64,000 nt of DNA from Armatimonadota bacterium (GTDB lineage Bacteria > Armatimonadota > Fimbriimonadia > Fimbriimonadales > GBS-DC). The number at the start of each line of letters is the position of its first letter. The first letter of the stretch is position 1. Shown in pieces: positions 1 through 8,405 of this stretch. The stretch spans positions 52,781-116,780 of the forward strand of contig JBBIML010000013.1 in NCBI GenBank assembly GCA_037444405.1, written 5' to 3'. The position numbers and the translations under genes were made by a program. The notes under the pieces were generated by a model. That model worked only from the letters and a program-made list of their open reading frames with translations. It ran no database searches and had not been told where the DNA came from.

Positions 1-46
1 CGCAGCTCCACACTGCACGGCTCCGGCGCGTAGTTGACCACCGCTT

Positions 47-835
47 TCATGCCATCTGCGCCTTGAGGAACTGGGCGGCTTTCGGCAGCTCCTCCAGCGG
101 GTCGCCCAGCACGCCGCACTCCAGCGCCATGTAGCCCGTGTAGCCAATCTGCTTGAGCGCGGCGAACCCGCTGCGGAAATCGGTATGCCCCTGACCGGGC
201 AGCATGCGGTTGCTGTCGGCTAAATGCACATGGGCGAGCCACTCCCCTGCGGCTCGAATCGCCGCGGGGATGTCGGCTTCCTCTATCGACATGTGGAAGA
301 AGTCCGCCATAATCCTCAGGTTCGGGTGAGCGACCTTCTGGCAGACAGCGACCGCCTGCTCCAGTCGGCGAATGAAGTGCGTCTCGTAGCGGTTGAGCGG
401 TTCGAGCAGCAGATAGCTGCCTGCCTGCCCGGCGGTTTGCGCCAGCTCGTCCAGCAACAGGCAGAGCAGGTCGAACTCCAGCTGTTCGGGGCTGGCGAGC
501 GGGCGCAGGTCGGGAATGCGCGGACCGCCGAAGATAGGCACCACGATCAGCCCGACCGCGCCGATGTCGGCGGCGACATAGAGCAGCTCTTTGATGTCGT
601 GGCAGGCGCGTTCGCGCTCGCGCGGGTCGGCGTCCAGCAGGCTGCCGCGAAAGCCCGCGCACACCGTGCTGGCGCGAACGGGGCTGTTCTTGAGCGCGCT
701 CTGCACTTCGGGCAACCGCTCCTTCAGCCCACCGCCCCAGAACTCGATGCCCTCAAAGCCCCACGCCTGCAGCCGCTCCAGCCGCTCCGCCAGGCTATTG
801 CCCGGCACCAGCCCTTCCTGACATGCCAGTTTCAT
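47..835 (-). CDS. Sugar phosphate isomerase/epimerase (xylose isomerase-like TIM barrel)
   Basis: Motifs EPLNRYE, DFFHM, HVHLADSNR and GxGHxDF; start placed at MKLACQE (835), not the upstream extension in the ORF track. Confidence 0.85.
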   Translation of the reverse strand: MKLACQEGLVPGNSLAERLERLQAWGFEGIEFWGGGLKERLPEVQSALKNSPVRASTVCAGFRGSLLDADPRERERACHDIKELLYVAADIGAVGLIVVPIFGGPRIPDLRPLASPEQLEFDLLCLLLDELAQTAGQAGSYLLLEPLNRYETHFIRRLEQAVAVCQKVAHPNLRIMADFFHMSIEEADIPAAIRAAGEWLAHVHLADSNRMLPGQGHTDFRSGFAALKQIGYTGYMALECGVLGDPLEELPKAAQFLKAQMA

Positions 836-922
836 CGTGATAGAGCGATTCGTCCCGCCGTGCCCGAATCCTGCCAGTAGCTTGGGCGTCTCGCCCACTA
901 TCATCATGGTACAATGCACTTG

Positions 923-1342
923 ATGAGTCGCATTCCGCGTGTGGTGGTTGCCAAAGTGGGTCTGGATGGGCACGATCGGGGCGCGAAGGTGGTGGCGCGC
1001 GCCCTGCGCGATGCAGGCTTCGAGGTCATCTACACGGGGCTGCGTCGCACGCCCGAAGAGGTGGTCGAAATCGCCCTGCAGGAAGACGCCGATGTGATTG
1101 CCGTCAGCATCCTGTCGGGTGCGCATATGACGCTCATCCCGCGCATCCTGAATCTGCTCAAGGAGCGCAACGCCGACGATATCCTCGTGATTGCGGGCGG
1201 CACCATCCCTGAAGACGATGCGGAAGCCCTCCGGCAGATGGGCGTGCGCGGGGTCTATCCGCCCGGCACGCTGATTGAGACCTTCGTCAGCGACTTGCGC
1301 CGCATGCTGGGGCTGGGCGAACCAGCGGGCAGTGCGGTATAA
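923..1342 (+). CDS. Stand-alone cobalamin-binding domain (methylmalonyl-CoA mutase C-terminal-like)
   Basis: GLDGHDRG B12-binding motif, SILSGAH and GGTIP; ATG 923 lies 7 nt after GGTACAAT. Confidence 0.9.
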   Translation: MSRIPRVVVAKVGLDGHDRGAKVVARALRDAGFEVIYTGLRRTPEEVVEIALQEDADVIAVSILSGAHMTLIPRILNLLKERNADDILVIAGGTIPEDDAEALRQMGVRGVYPPGTLIETFVSDLRRMLGLGEPAGSAV

Positions 1343-1388
1343 TCGCCTCGGTTAGAGGGCTACAGACTACCGGACAGGAGGATCAACG

Positions 1389-3143
1389 ATGAGCGAACCG
1401 ATCCGACGCAGCGCCGCGTTTCTGATAGAGAGTGCGCCTGCGGGCGCGACCTTCACGCCCGAAGATTTCGATCAGGAAGCCCGCCTAATTGCCCGAACCG
1501 CGGAGGAGTTCATCCGCAACGAGGTACTGCCCCGCCTGCCCGAAATTGAGCAGGCGCATGAGGGGCTGATGCGCGAGCTGGATCGCAAGATGGGCGAGCT
1601 GGGCTTCATCGCCGCCGAAGTACCCACTCACTACGGCGGGTTAGACCTGCCGAAGCCGACGGTCGCCCTGCTGGTGGAGAAGCTGGGACCCGAACCGGCG
1701 ACCTGCCTGACCCTGCAGGCGCATGCAGGGCTGGCGATTTTGCCCCTCGTGCTGGAGGGCACACCCGCGCAAAAGGAACGCTACCTGCCGAAGCTGGCAT
1801 CGGGCGAATGGTGCGGTTCGTTTTGCCTGAGCGAGCCATCAAGCGGCTCCGACGCGCTCGCGATGCGCACCCGCGCCACACCCACACCTGACGGCAAAGG
1901 CTATCTGCTCACGGGCGAAAAGATGTGGGTCACCAATGCGGGCTTCGCCGACCTGTTCACCGTGTTCGCCAAACTGAACGGCGAGCAGTTCACCGCCTTT
2001 CTGGTGGAGCGCACCTATAATGGGGTGAACCTCGGTCGCGAGGAGCATAAGATTGGCTTGCACGGCTCCAGCACGCGCCGCGTCGCCTTCGAGAATGTGT
2101 TTGTGCCCGCCGAGAACCTGCTGGGCGAGGTCGGCAAAGCGCACTATATCGCGCTCAACACGCTCAATCTGGGGCGCTACAAGATGGCGGCGAGCGCGCT
2201 CGGCACGGGCAAATACGCGCTGGAGCTTGCCACCCGCTACGCGCAGGAGCGCCAGCAGTTCGGTCGCCCCATCGCCAGCTTCGGGCTGATCCGCCAGAAA
2301 CTAACAGATATGACCACACGCCTGTTCGCATTAGAGAGCATGCTCTATCGCACAGGCGGACTCATGCAGGAATGGTTCGAGCCGATTCATGCCCTGCCGC
2401 CCGATTATCCTGATTTGAATCTGCGCTATCGCGCGGCGGCGTCCGAATACGCGGGCGAATGCGCCCTGCTCAAGTTCTACGGCACGGAGGTGCAATACTT
2501 CTGCGCTGACGAGGGTCTGCAGATTCACGGCGGCTACGGCTACACCGAGGATTTCCCAATAGCGAAGCTGTTCCGCGAGTCGCGCGTGCCGCGCATCTAT
2601 GAGGGCACGAACGAGATCAATCGGCTGAACCTGACCCAGCATCTGATTCGGCAGATGCAGCGGGCGGGCTTGCCGCTGCTGGAGGCGGCGCGCGAGCGCG
2701 AGGCGCGCCCTGTGGAGAGCCTGCCCGACAGCCCGCGCGAGCAGCTTGCCGCGCTGGTGGAGCAGTTCCGTCAGGCGACGCTGTTCGCGTTTCGGCTGGC
2801 GTACGAAGCGTATGGCGAGCATCTGCGCGAGGAGCGTCAGGAGGTGGCGGCGGCAATCGCGGAGATGTGCGCCTATCTGTACGGGCTGGACAGCATCGTG
2901 GCGCGATTGCCTAAGCTGCGCGGGTCTGCGGCGGAGGCGGGTGAACTCGCGGCGGGGCTGTTCGCGCGCGAGGGCGCGTTCGCGGCGCGGGAACGGCTCG
3001 ATCTGGTGCTGAACGCGCTCGGTGCGCCTGCCGACGCCTTCCGACAGGCGGAGCGCATGCTCAGCCTGCCACGCATCGACGCCGTGTCCGCCCGCAATCG
3101 CCTCGCGGAGTTCGCGCTCCAGCGCGGCGGATACCCGTTTTAG
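1389..3143 (+). CDS. Acyl-CoA dehydrogenase (long, FadE/VLCAD-like)
   Basis: FCLSEPSSGSD, GEKMWVTN, RQQFGRPI, QIHGGYGY and IYEGTNEI; AGGAGG RBS. Confidence 0.93.
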   Translation: MSEPIRRSAAFLIESAPAGATFTPEDFDQEARLIARTAEEFIRNEVLPRLPEIEQAHEGLMRELDRKMGELGFIAAEVPTHYGGLDLPKPTVALLVEKLGPEPATCLTLQAHAGLAILPLVLEGTPAQKERYLPKLASGEWCGSFCLSEPSSGSDALAMRTRATPTPDGKGYLLTGEKMWVTNAGFADLFTVFAKLNGEQFTAFLVERTYNGVNLGREEHKIGLHGSSTRRVAFENVFVPAENLLGEVGKAHYIALNTLNLGRYKMAASALGTGKYALELATRYAQERQQFGRPIASFGLIRQKLTDMTTRLFALESMLYRTGGLMQEWFEPIHALPPDYPDLNLRYRAAASEYAGECALLKFYGTEVQYFCADEGLQIHGGYGYTEDFPIAKLFRESRVPRIYEGTNEINRLNLTQHLIRQMQRAGLPLLEAAREREARPVESLPDSPREQLAALVEQFRQATLFAFRLAYEAYGEHLREERQEVAAAIAEMCAYLYGLDSIVARLPKLRGSAAEAGELAAGLFAREGAFAARERLDLVLNALGAPADAFRQAERMLSLPRIDAVSARNRLAEFALQRGGYPF

Positions 3144-3149
3144 ACCCTA

Positions 3150-3749
3150 TCACTCCGTGCCCCATTCGGGCACGAGCTGCTGTTCCACTTTCAGCAGTTG
3201 CAGGGCGCGGGCGACGATGGTATCGACGGCTTCTTCCAGCGTGCGCGGGCGGTTATAGAAGGCGGGGCAGGCGGGCAGAATCGTCGCGCCCGCCTCCGCC
3301 GCCAGCAACATGTTGCGCAGATGCACGCGATTGAACGGCGCCTCGCGCACCACCAGGATCAGCGGGCGATGCTCCTTGAGGCACACATCCGCCGCGCGGG
3401 TCATCAAATCGTCCGATGTGCCGTTCGCGATGCGTCCCAGCGTGCCCATCGAGCAGGGGATAATCACCATGCCATCGTGGCGGAAGCTGCCACTGGCGGG
3501 CGGCGCGAAGTAGTCGCGCGGCTGAAGCACCTTCAACCCGTCCCACGCCTCGCCTAACAGCGTTTCCGCGCCGAGCGTCTCGCGCGTGACGGGCAGCTCC
3601 AGCTCCGTCTGCAGCACCTGAATGCCCTGATCGGAGCAGATGAGGTAAATCTCGCGGAACTGCTGACGCGCCGCCTGCAAAAAGCGCAGGGCATAGAGCG
3701 CACCGCTCGCGCCCGTGATGCCCATCACCAGCCGACCTGTGGCTCCCAT
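3150..3749 (-). CDS. ubiX: Flavin prenyltransferase UbiX family
   Basis: GITGASG, PPASGS, PCSMGTL, RAADVCLKE and REAP motifs. Confidence 0.92.
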   Translation of the reverse strand: MGATGRLVMGITGASGALYALRFLQAARQQFREIYLICSDQGIQVLQTELELPVTRETLGAETLLGEAWDGLKVLQPRDYFAPPASGSFRHDGMVIIPCSMGTLGRIANGTSDDLMTRAADVCLKEHRPLILVVREAPFNRVHLRNMLLAAEAGATILPACPAFYNRPRTLEEAVDTIVARALQLLKVEQQLVPEWGTE

Positions 3750-3801
3750 CCGCCCAGAGCATACCCCATTGGGTATCCTTCTTCCGCAGGGAGGCGAGCT
3801 A

Positions 3802-4596
3802 ATGGCGAAGCGTGGCGTGATGGAGGTGTCGCTCATCTTCCCGCCCGCCGAGATCATCCAGCGGTACTATAAGGGGCTGATCTATCTGGCGGCGCGCACC
3901 TGCTACAGCGAGAAGACACCCCAGCAAATCTGGGACGAGTTCCTGTCCGATAAGGTGCCACCCGAACGGGTGCATAGCCTGCTCACGCATGTGATCGAAT
4001 CGGGACACCACAGCACGATTGAGCATATCAGCTTCACCTTCGCGATTTCGGGGGTGAGCCGCGCGCTTTCGCATCAGCTGGTGCGCCACCGAATCGGCGT
4101 CGCGTTCGACCAGCAGAGCCAGCGCTATGTGAAATATAAAGAACCCCTCTATGTGACCCCACCCTCCATCGAGGCACAGCCCGAAGCGCTGCAGGAGTTC
4201 GAACGCCTGCGCGATACGAGCGAAGAGGTCTATCACCGCTTCCTGCAGATGGGCATTCCCGCCGAAGATGCCCGATTCGTGTTCCCGAACGCCGTCACCA
4301 CCAACCTGATCATGACGGTGAACTTGCGCCAGCTGATGCACATGGCGGGTCTGCGCCTCTGCACGCTCGCCCAGTGGGAGATTCGGCAGCTTTTTAAGCT
4401 CATTCGCAAGGAGCTGATGGCTGCCGACCCCTACTTTGGCAGGCTGCTGGTGCCCAAGTGCGTGCCGTTAGGCTACTGCGATGAGAAGCGCAACGAGGAC
4501 GAACACTGCAAGATTCGCCCGCACCGCAACTCGGTTTTCCGCGTGTGGGAGCTTTATAAACAGGGCCGACTCATCGAGAGGGGCGACGCGGAGTAA
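3802..4596 (+). CDS. thyX: FAD-dependent thymidylate synthase
   Basis: GHHSTIEH, SRALSHQLVRHR-x7-QSQRY ThyX motif and AQWEIR; GGAGG before ATG 3802. Confidence 0.95.
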   Translation: MAKRGVMEVSLIFPPAEIIQRYYKGLIYLAARTCYSEKTPQQIWDEFLSDKVPPERVHSLLTHVIESGHHSTIEHISFTFAISGVSRALSHQLVRHRIGVAFDQQSQRYVKYKEPLYVTPPSIEAQPEALQEFERLRDTSEEVYHRFLQMGIPAEDARFVFPNAVTTNLIMTVNLRQLMHMAGLRLCTLAQWEIRQLFKLIRKELMAADPYFGRLLVPKCVPLGYCDEKRNEDEHCKIRPHRNSVFRVWELYKQGRLIERGDAE

Positions 4597-4625
4597 AGGG
4601 GTATAATGGTGATGGGTGTGATGGA

Positions 4626-5183
4626 ATGAATCTGCGAATCGCGCTGACGGACGAGTTGCTGGCGCATGCGGAGCTGGTGGCGCAGGTGTTCCTGCAGGCG
4701 ATGTACACCTCCATCGGCGAGCGGATGCTGGAGGAGCTGGCGGAGTCGGAGGTTACCTACTCGCAGATGCAGGCATTGCGCTTTTTGCGCACGCATCGGC
4801 GCGTGACGGTGGGCGACCTTGCGGAGGGGCTGAACATCTCCTATCCGTCGGCGACCAACATGGTGCATCGGCTGGAGAAGAAGGGGCTGATTCGGCGCAT
4901 CGCAAACCCGCGCGACCGCCGACAGGTGGGGTTGCTGCTCACCGACGAGGGACGCCAGCTGATAGAACAGATCGACCAGGAGCGGCGGCAGCGGTTCGCC
5001 CGCGTGCTGGCACAGATGGACGAACGCGACCGCCATGCGTTCATTAACGGGCTATCGGCGTTCATTCGCGCGGGGCTGGCATCGGGCACGCTGAAGGTGG
5101 ACGAAGTGTGCCTGCACTGCGGCACCGGCGCCGACCCCCTCTGCCCCCTTGTCGAACTGCACTCACCCGAGATCTGTCGGTGA
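4626..5183 (+). CDS. MarR-family regulator with C-terminal Cys cluster
   Basis: Winged HTH (LAEGL...SATNMVHRLEKKGLI) and the DRR wing; C-terminal CLHC-x6-C. Confidence 0.85.
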   Translation: MNLRIALTDELLAHAELVAQVFLQAMYTSIGERMLEELAESEVTYSQMQALRFLRTHRRVTVGDLAEGLNISYPSATNMVHRLEKKGLIRRIANPRDRRQVGLLLTDEGRQLIEQIDQERRQRFARVLAQMDERDRHAFINGLSAFIRAGLASGTLKVDEVCLHCGTGADPLCPLVELHSPEICR

Positions 5184-5357
5184 GTTCAAGCCGAGATCGA
5201 TTCATTAGAAGCAGGAGTCAGATCGCCTGGAAACGAATCTTCTGCACGGAGGGCGGTGATGCCCGCGAGCTGTGTGTATGGAGGCGTCGACGAGCAGGTA
5301 GGGCGTTCACGCGATGGCGCTCTCGTTCAGCACCCACGCCTGCGCGGGGGGGGCGCC

Positions 5358-5912
5358 ATGAGCCGCCAAACCCGACCCTTCCATGACCTCCTGCGCGACC
5401 TGCCCGAACCACTCCAGCGCGCCGTTCACCACTGCGTCGCTGCCTGCAAGCCCCACTATTGCCCCCACCCTTATGCCAGCGACTGGCTGGAAGAACTCTA
5501 TCACGAAGCCGCCTGCGCTGCATACGAAGCGCTGGCAAAGTACGACCCCAGCAAGGGCGACCTGTACGAGTTTGGGGTGCTGCTGATTGGTCAGCGGTTG
5601 CGGTGGTTTTGCGATCGGGTGTGGGCGGCGGCGCGTTGCGAGTGTGAATGGCCGCGGGATGAGGAGACGGGTGAGGAGGTGGAGCTGGAGGATGGGTGTG
5701 CGGTAGTGGAGCTGGAGGCGTGTGCGTTTGAGGGTCAGGTACGCGCGGTGTTGCAGCAGCTGGGTGGTGTGGATTGGCAGGTGGGGGAATGGTATTTGCT
5801 GGAGGGTTGGAGCGAGCGGGAGATAGCCGAGCGGTTGGGCTGTTCGCAGAAAGCGGTGAACAAGCGGTTGCAGAAAATCAAGGCGTATTTGCGGCAGCAG
5901 TTGGGCGATTAG
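5358..5912 (+). CDS. Small sigma-70-like protein (region 2-like plus region 4 HTH)
   Basis: EELYHEA...AYEALAKYDPSKG (region 2-like) and GWSEREIAERLGCSQKAVNKRLQKIK (region 4). Confidence 0.75.
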   Translation: MSRQTRPFHDLLRDLPEPLQRAVHHCVAACKPHYCPHPYASDWLEELYHEAACAAYEALAKYDPSKGDLYEFGVLLIGQRLRWFCDRVWAAARCECEWPRDEETGEEVELEDGCAVVELEACAFEGQVRAVLQQLGGVDWQVGEWYLLEGWSEREIAERLGCSQKAVNKRLQKIKAYLRQQLGD

Positions 5913-6051
5913 CGCAAAAACAGCGCGGGTGGTGGTGCAGGAGATACTCAAAATTGGCAGAGGTGGCTACATGATATAATAGAGGGCGGGGATGGGAGTT
6001 GTGAGCCACCCGCCTTTGGACAGACAACAACGATGGAGGAGGAATGAGGCG

Positions 6052-6438
6052 ATGAGACGGGAGATGATGACTCTACTCAGCATTGTTGTATTGATAACCG
6101 TCAGTTTCGCACAGTCAGAAAGACTTGTAAGCGACGATAGGGCGGTCGAGATAGTGCTTTTCTCCAGGTGCACCTGGGTGCTTGATACAGCCCAGCTCAC
6201 TTGGGGATGTGATGGATCACTATTCTGTTCGGGTAAATGCTCCGTTGGATTTCTCCCAAAGGGCAGCAGTGCTTTTCTCTGTGTCAGTGCTGCTGATTCC
6301 TTATGTGCAGGTAGTAAGGCAACAATTCTGGTTTGGAAAGTCGGGGAGGGAAGGTGCCTTCCAGACTGTTCATGCTCAGATGTGATACCTTTACCGCAAC
6401 CCGAGCCAGTTGAGGTGAATGTTTATGAGTGCCGATAG
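6052..6438 (+). CDS. Secreted cysteine-rich small protein (10 Cys)
   Basis: GGAGGAGG upstream, hydrophobic signal peptide ending VSFA, 10 Cys in the mature part, AT-richer sequence. Confidence 0.7.
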   Translation: MRREMMTLLSIVVLITVSFAQSERLVSDDRAVEIVLFSRCTWVLDTAQLTWGCDGSLFCSGKCSVGFLPKGSSAFLCVSAADSLCAGSKATILVWKVGEGRCLPDCSCSDVIPLPQPEPVEVNVYECR

Positions 6439-6513
6439 ACCAAATCTCAATTTGGCGACGGTACTGCCAGCGTTTCCTAAACTGGTTCACATACTTCAGG
6501 AGGTATGATTATC

Positions 6514-7635
6514 ATGAGACGACAGATTCATGGCTTGCTGGCACTATTGGCAATAATAGCAACAATAAATTCGTCTGGTCAGGGCAATGGACAAATTTCT
6601 TCCGTACAGCCATTGCCCACTCCCAAGGCGACGCCTCGAACCACCGAGCGCGAATCCGCAACGAACGGCTCTCGTGAAGCTCCTAAGCATCAGCACTACT
6701 ATGATCAACGCGAACGCGTATCCTCCAACCTGACTTTCGAATGGCTGGCTGAATCGAACATCGTCTACCTCAAGGAGGATGGGAGCAAATTGACGCTTTC
6801 AGATCTTCAAGATATTTATAAGATTAGCCGCACCCCTATGCTTACTCGAATCGATCTGACCATGGAAGCTCCGTTGATTACCAGCGATGGTGTACGCAAG
6901 TCAGATCTACTTTTTCAATCAACTGTATACTATTTTGGTCAAACAGGAGAAATTGTTCTGAATGCGAATCGTGATACTAAAGGAACGGTGACTTCTGCCT
7001 CGATCTTTCAGCCTGGGGCAAACGGTTTCGGTTTACCCAACCTCTATTTGCCCGGCTTATCAATGGGAGGTCTTATCTTTCTTGCAGGCATTTCTCCAAT
7101 GCGCCTGATGGATGCTCCGCTTTCCAGCTGGCAGATTAGTGAGGTTAACGAGAACGAATGGGTTCTTGAACTCTCTGCGGAAAAGCAAAAGCAGCCCGTC
7201 CAGACAGGGTTACTCCGCTTCGACCGCATAGAGGTTCACCTCAGTCGCCGTCATGGCGATGCTCCTGCCCGATTGGAAATCTCGTTAGGTGGCGTCGTCT
7301 ACAGATGGAAAACACTGGAGTACACCCAGAGACAGGGTGTCTGGATGCCTCAAAAAGTGCTTCTGGAGTTCAAGTCAGGCGAGCGTGAAATTCAGACTCT
7401 ATATTATCTGAACGCTGTTCACAGAACGGCGGGAGTCGCTGTGGACATCCCGCGAGGAACCCCTGTACTGGATTGGCGCTGGCGGGGGCGAACTGCCTGG
7501 GCTGAAGGTTTCAATTCTATAAGTATAAATTTAAACAAACGCAATTCTTCTGATGTCCTGAATACCTTCACACCAATCGATTGGACTCCTGCGTTAGAAC
7601 AAGAGCTCTGGCGATCTGTCCAGCGTTCCCAGTGA
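6514..7635 (+). CDS. Hypothetical exported protein
   Basis: AGGAGGT 9 nt before ATG 6514, signal-peptide-like N-terminus, long ORF in the AT-richer island. Confidence 0.7.
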   Translation: MRRQIHGLLALLAIIATINSSGQGNGQISSVQPLPTPKATPRTTERESATNGSREAPKHQHYYDQRERVSSNLTFEWLAESNIVYLKEDGSKLTLSDLQDIYKISRTPMLTRIDLTMEAPLITSDGVRKSDLLFQSTVYYFGQTGEIVLNANRDTKGTVTSASIFQPGANGFGLPNLYLPGLSMGGLIFLAGISPMRLMDAPLSSWQISEVNENEWVLELSAEKQKQPVQTGLLRFDRIEVHLSRRHGDAPARLEISLGGVVYRWKTLEYTQRQGVWMPQKVLLEFKSGEREIQTLYYLNAVHRTAGVAVDIPRGTPVLDWRWRGRTAWAEGFNSISINLNKRNSSDVLNTFTPIDWTPALEQELWRSVQRSQ

Positions 7636-7638
7636 AAG

Positions 7639-7677
7639 CAGGAAGCCATCCAGCTCTATATTGAAGCCCTGCGCGAG
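7639..7677 (+). pseudogene. HicB-like antitoxin fragment
   Basis: Translates QEAIQLYIEALRE, resembling the HicB EAIxLYxExL helix; no start codon. Confidence 0.5.
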
Positions 7678-7742
7678 CCGGCTTACCAGTGCTTGGGCGG
7701 AGATGCTACCGCGCTGCTTGCGGAAAGGACGACATCCCGAAC

Positions 7743-8069
7743 TTATAGCGGACGCAATCGAGCGCCGCGAGGTGTGATAACTGTGAAGCAACCTAACAAT
7801 TGCCGTGTCAACGCTTTCTTTGCATCAGCGGATAAACCAGAGAAGCGCAAAAGAACCACACCCGGAATCTGATAACCATGCGCGAAAACTAAAGCTCCGA
7901 AGTCTTTATCATAAGTCACCAACAGTCTCCCATCATTCTGCGCAAGCTGCAGTACCTGAATGTCCGGCAAACCTGGCTGGTACTCAGCTATCCAAACGAC
8001 ATCGAATCCCAAAGCGCGTAGCGTCTCAACAATGGAACGATCCACTCCTTCATCAGCAAGAATTTTCAT
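7743..8069 (-). CDS. DUF5615 PIN-like toxin
   Basis: MKILADE, LRALGFDV, D..VL..A...R.LVT.DKDFG and GVVLLR; 4-nt overlap with the upstream DUF433 gene. Confidence 0.85.
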   Translation of the reverse strand: MKILADEGVDRSIVETLRALGFDVVWIAEYQPGLPDIQVLQLAQNDGRLLVTYDKDFGALVFAHGYQIPGVVLLRFSGLSADAKKALTRQLLGCFTVITPRGARLRPL

Positions 8070-8308
8070 TTTTCATGAACTTCAAAAGGGATTAACTCTT
8101 CATTCTTAATTACATGGAGAGCATAGCAGATTGCGGCGCGGACGGCGTCAGCGGGGAGAGAAGGGTTCTCTTCCAGAATCTGGGCTTCGGTCTCTCCTGC
8201 CGCCAGACGCTCCAGTATCGATTCCACCGTGATGCGCGTGCCTTTGATGACGGGTTTGCCACGCATCACTTCTGGACGAATCTCCACTAACTCCAGCAGA
8301 TTGGTCAT
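8066..8308 (-). CDS. DUF433 antitoxin
   Basis: PEVMRGKPVIKGTRITVESILERLAAG...PSL...VRAAI.YA. Confidence 0.92.
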   Translation of the reverse strand: MTNLLELVEIRPEVMRGKPVIKGTRITVESILERLAAGETEAQILEENPSLPADAVRAAICYALHVIKNEELIPFEVHEK

Positions 8309-8405
8309 CTATCTGCACCAATGGAAGGATACCCCATTCATAAGGCGCGATTTGCCCTGTTGACCAGCGGGTATAATCTCTTTCGCTGGCGAGAGAGGCG
8401 CACCG

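Noticed and set aside
7633..7745. Stop-codon readthrough or selenocysteine extending the 6514 ORF
   Set aside because: No SECIS-like hairpin was seen; the in-frame continuation is better explained as a HicB relic
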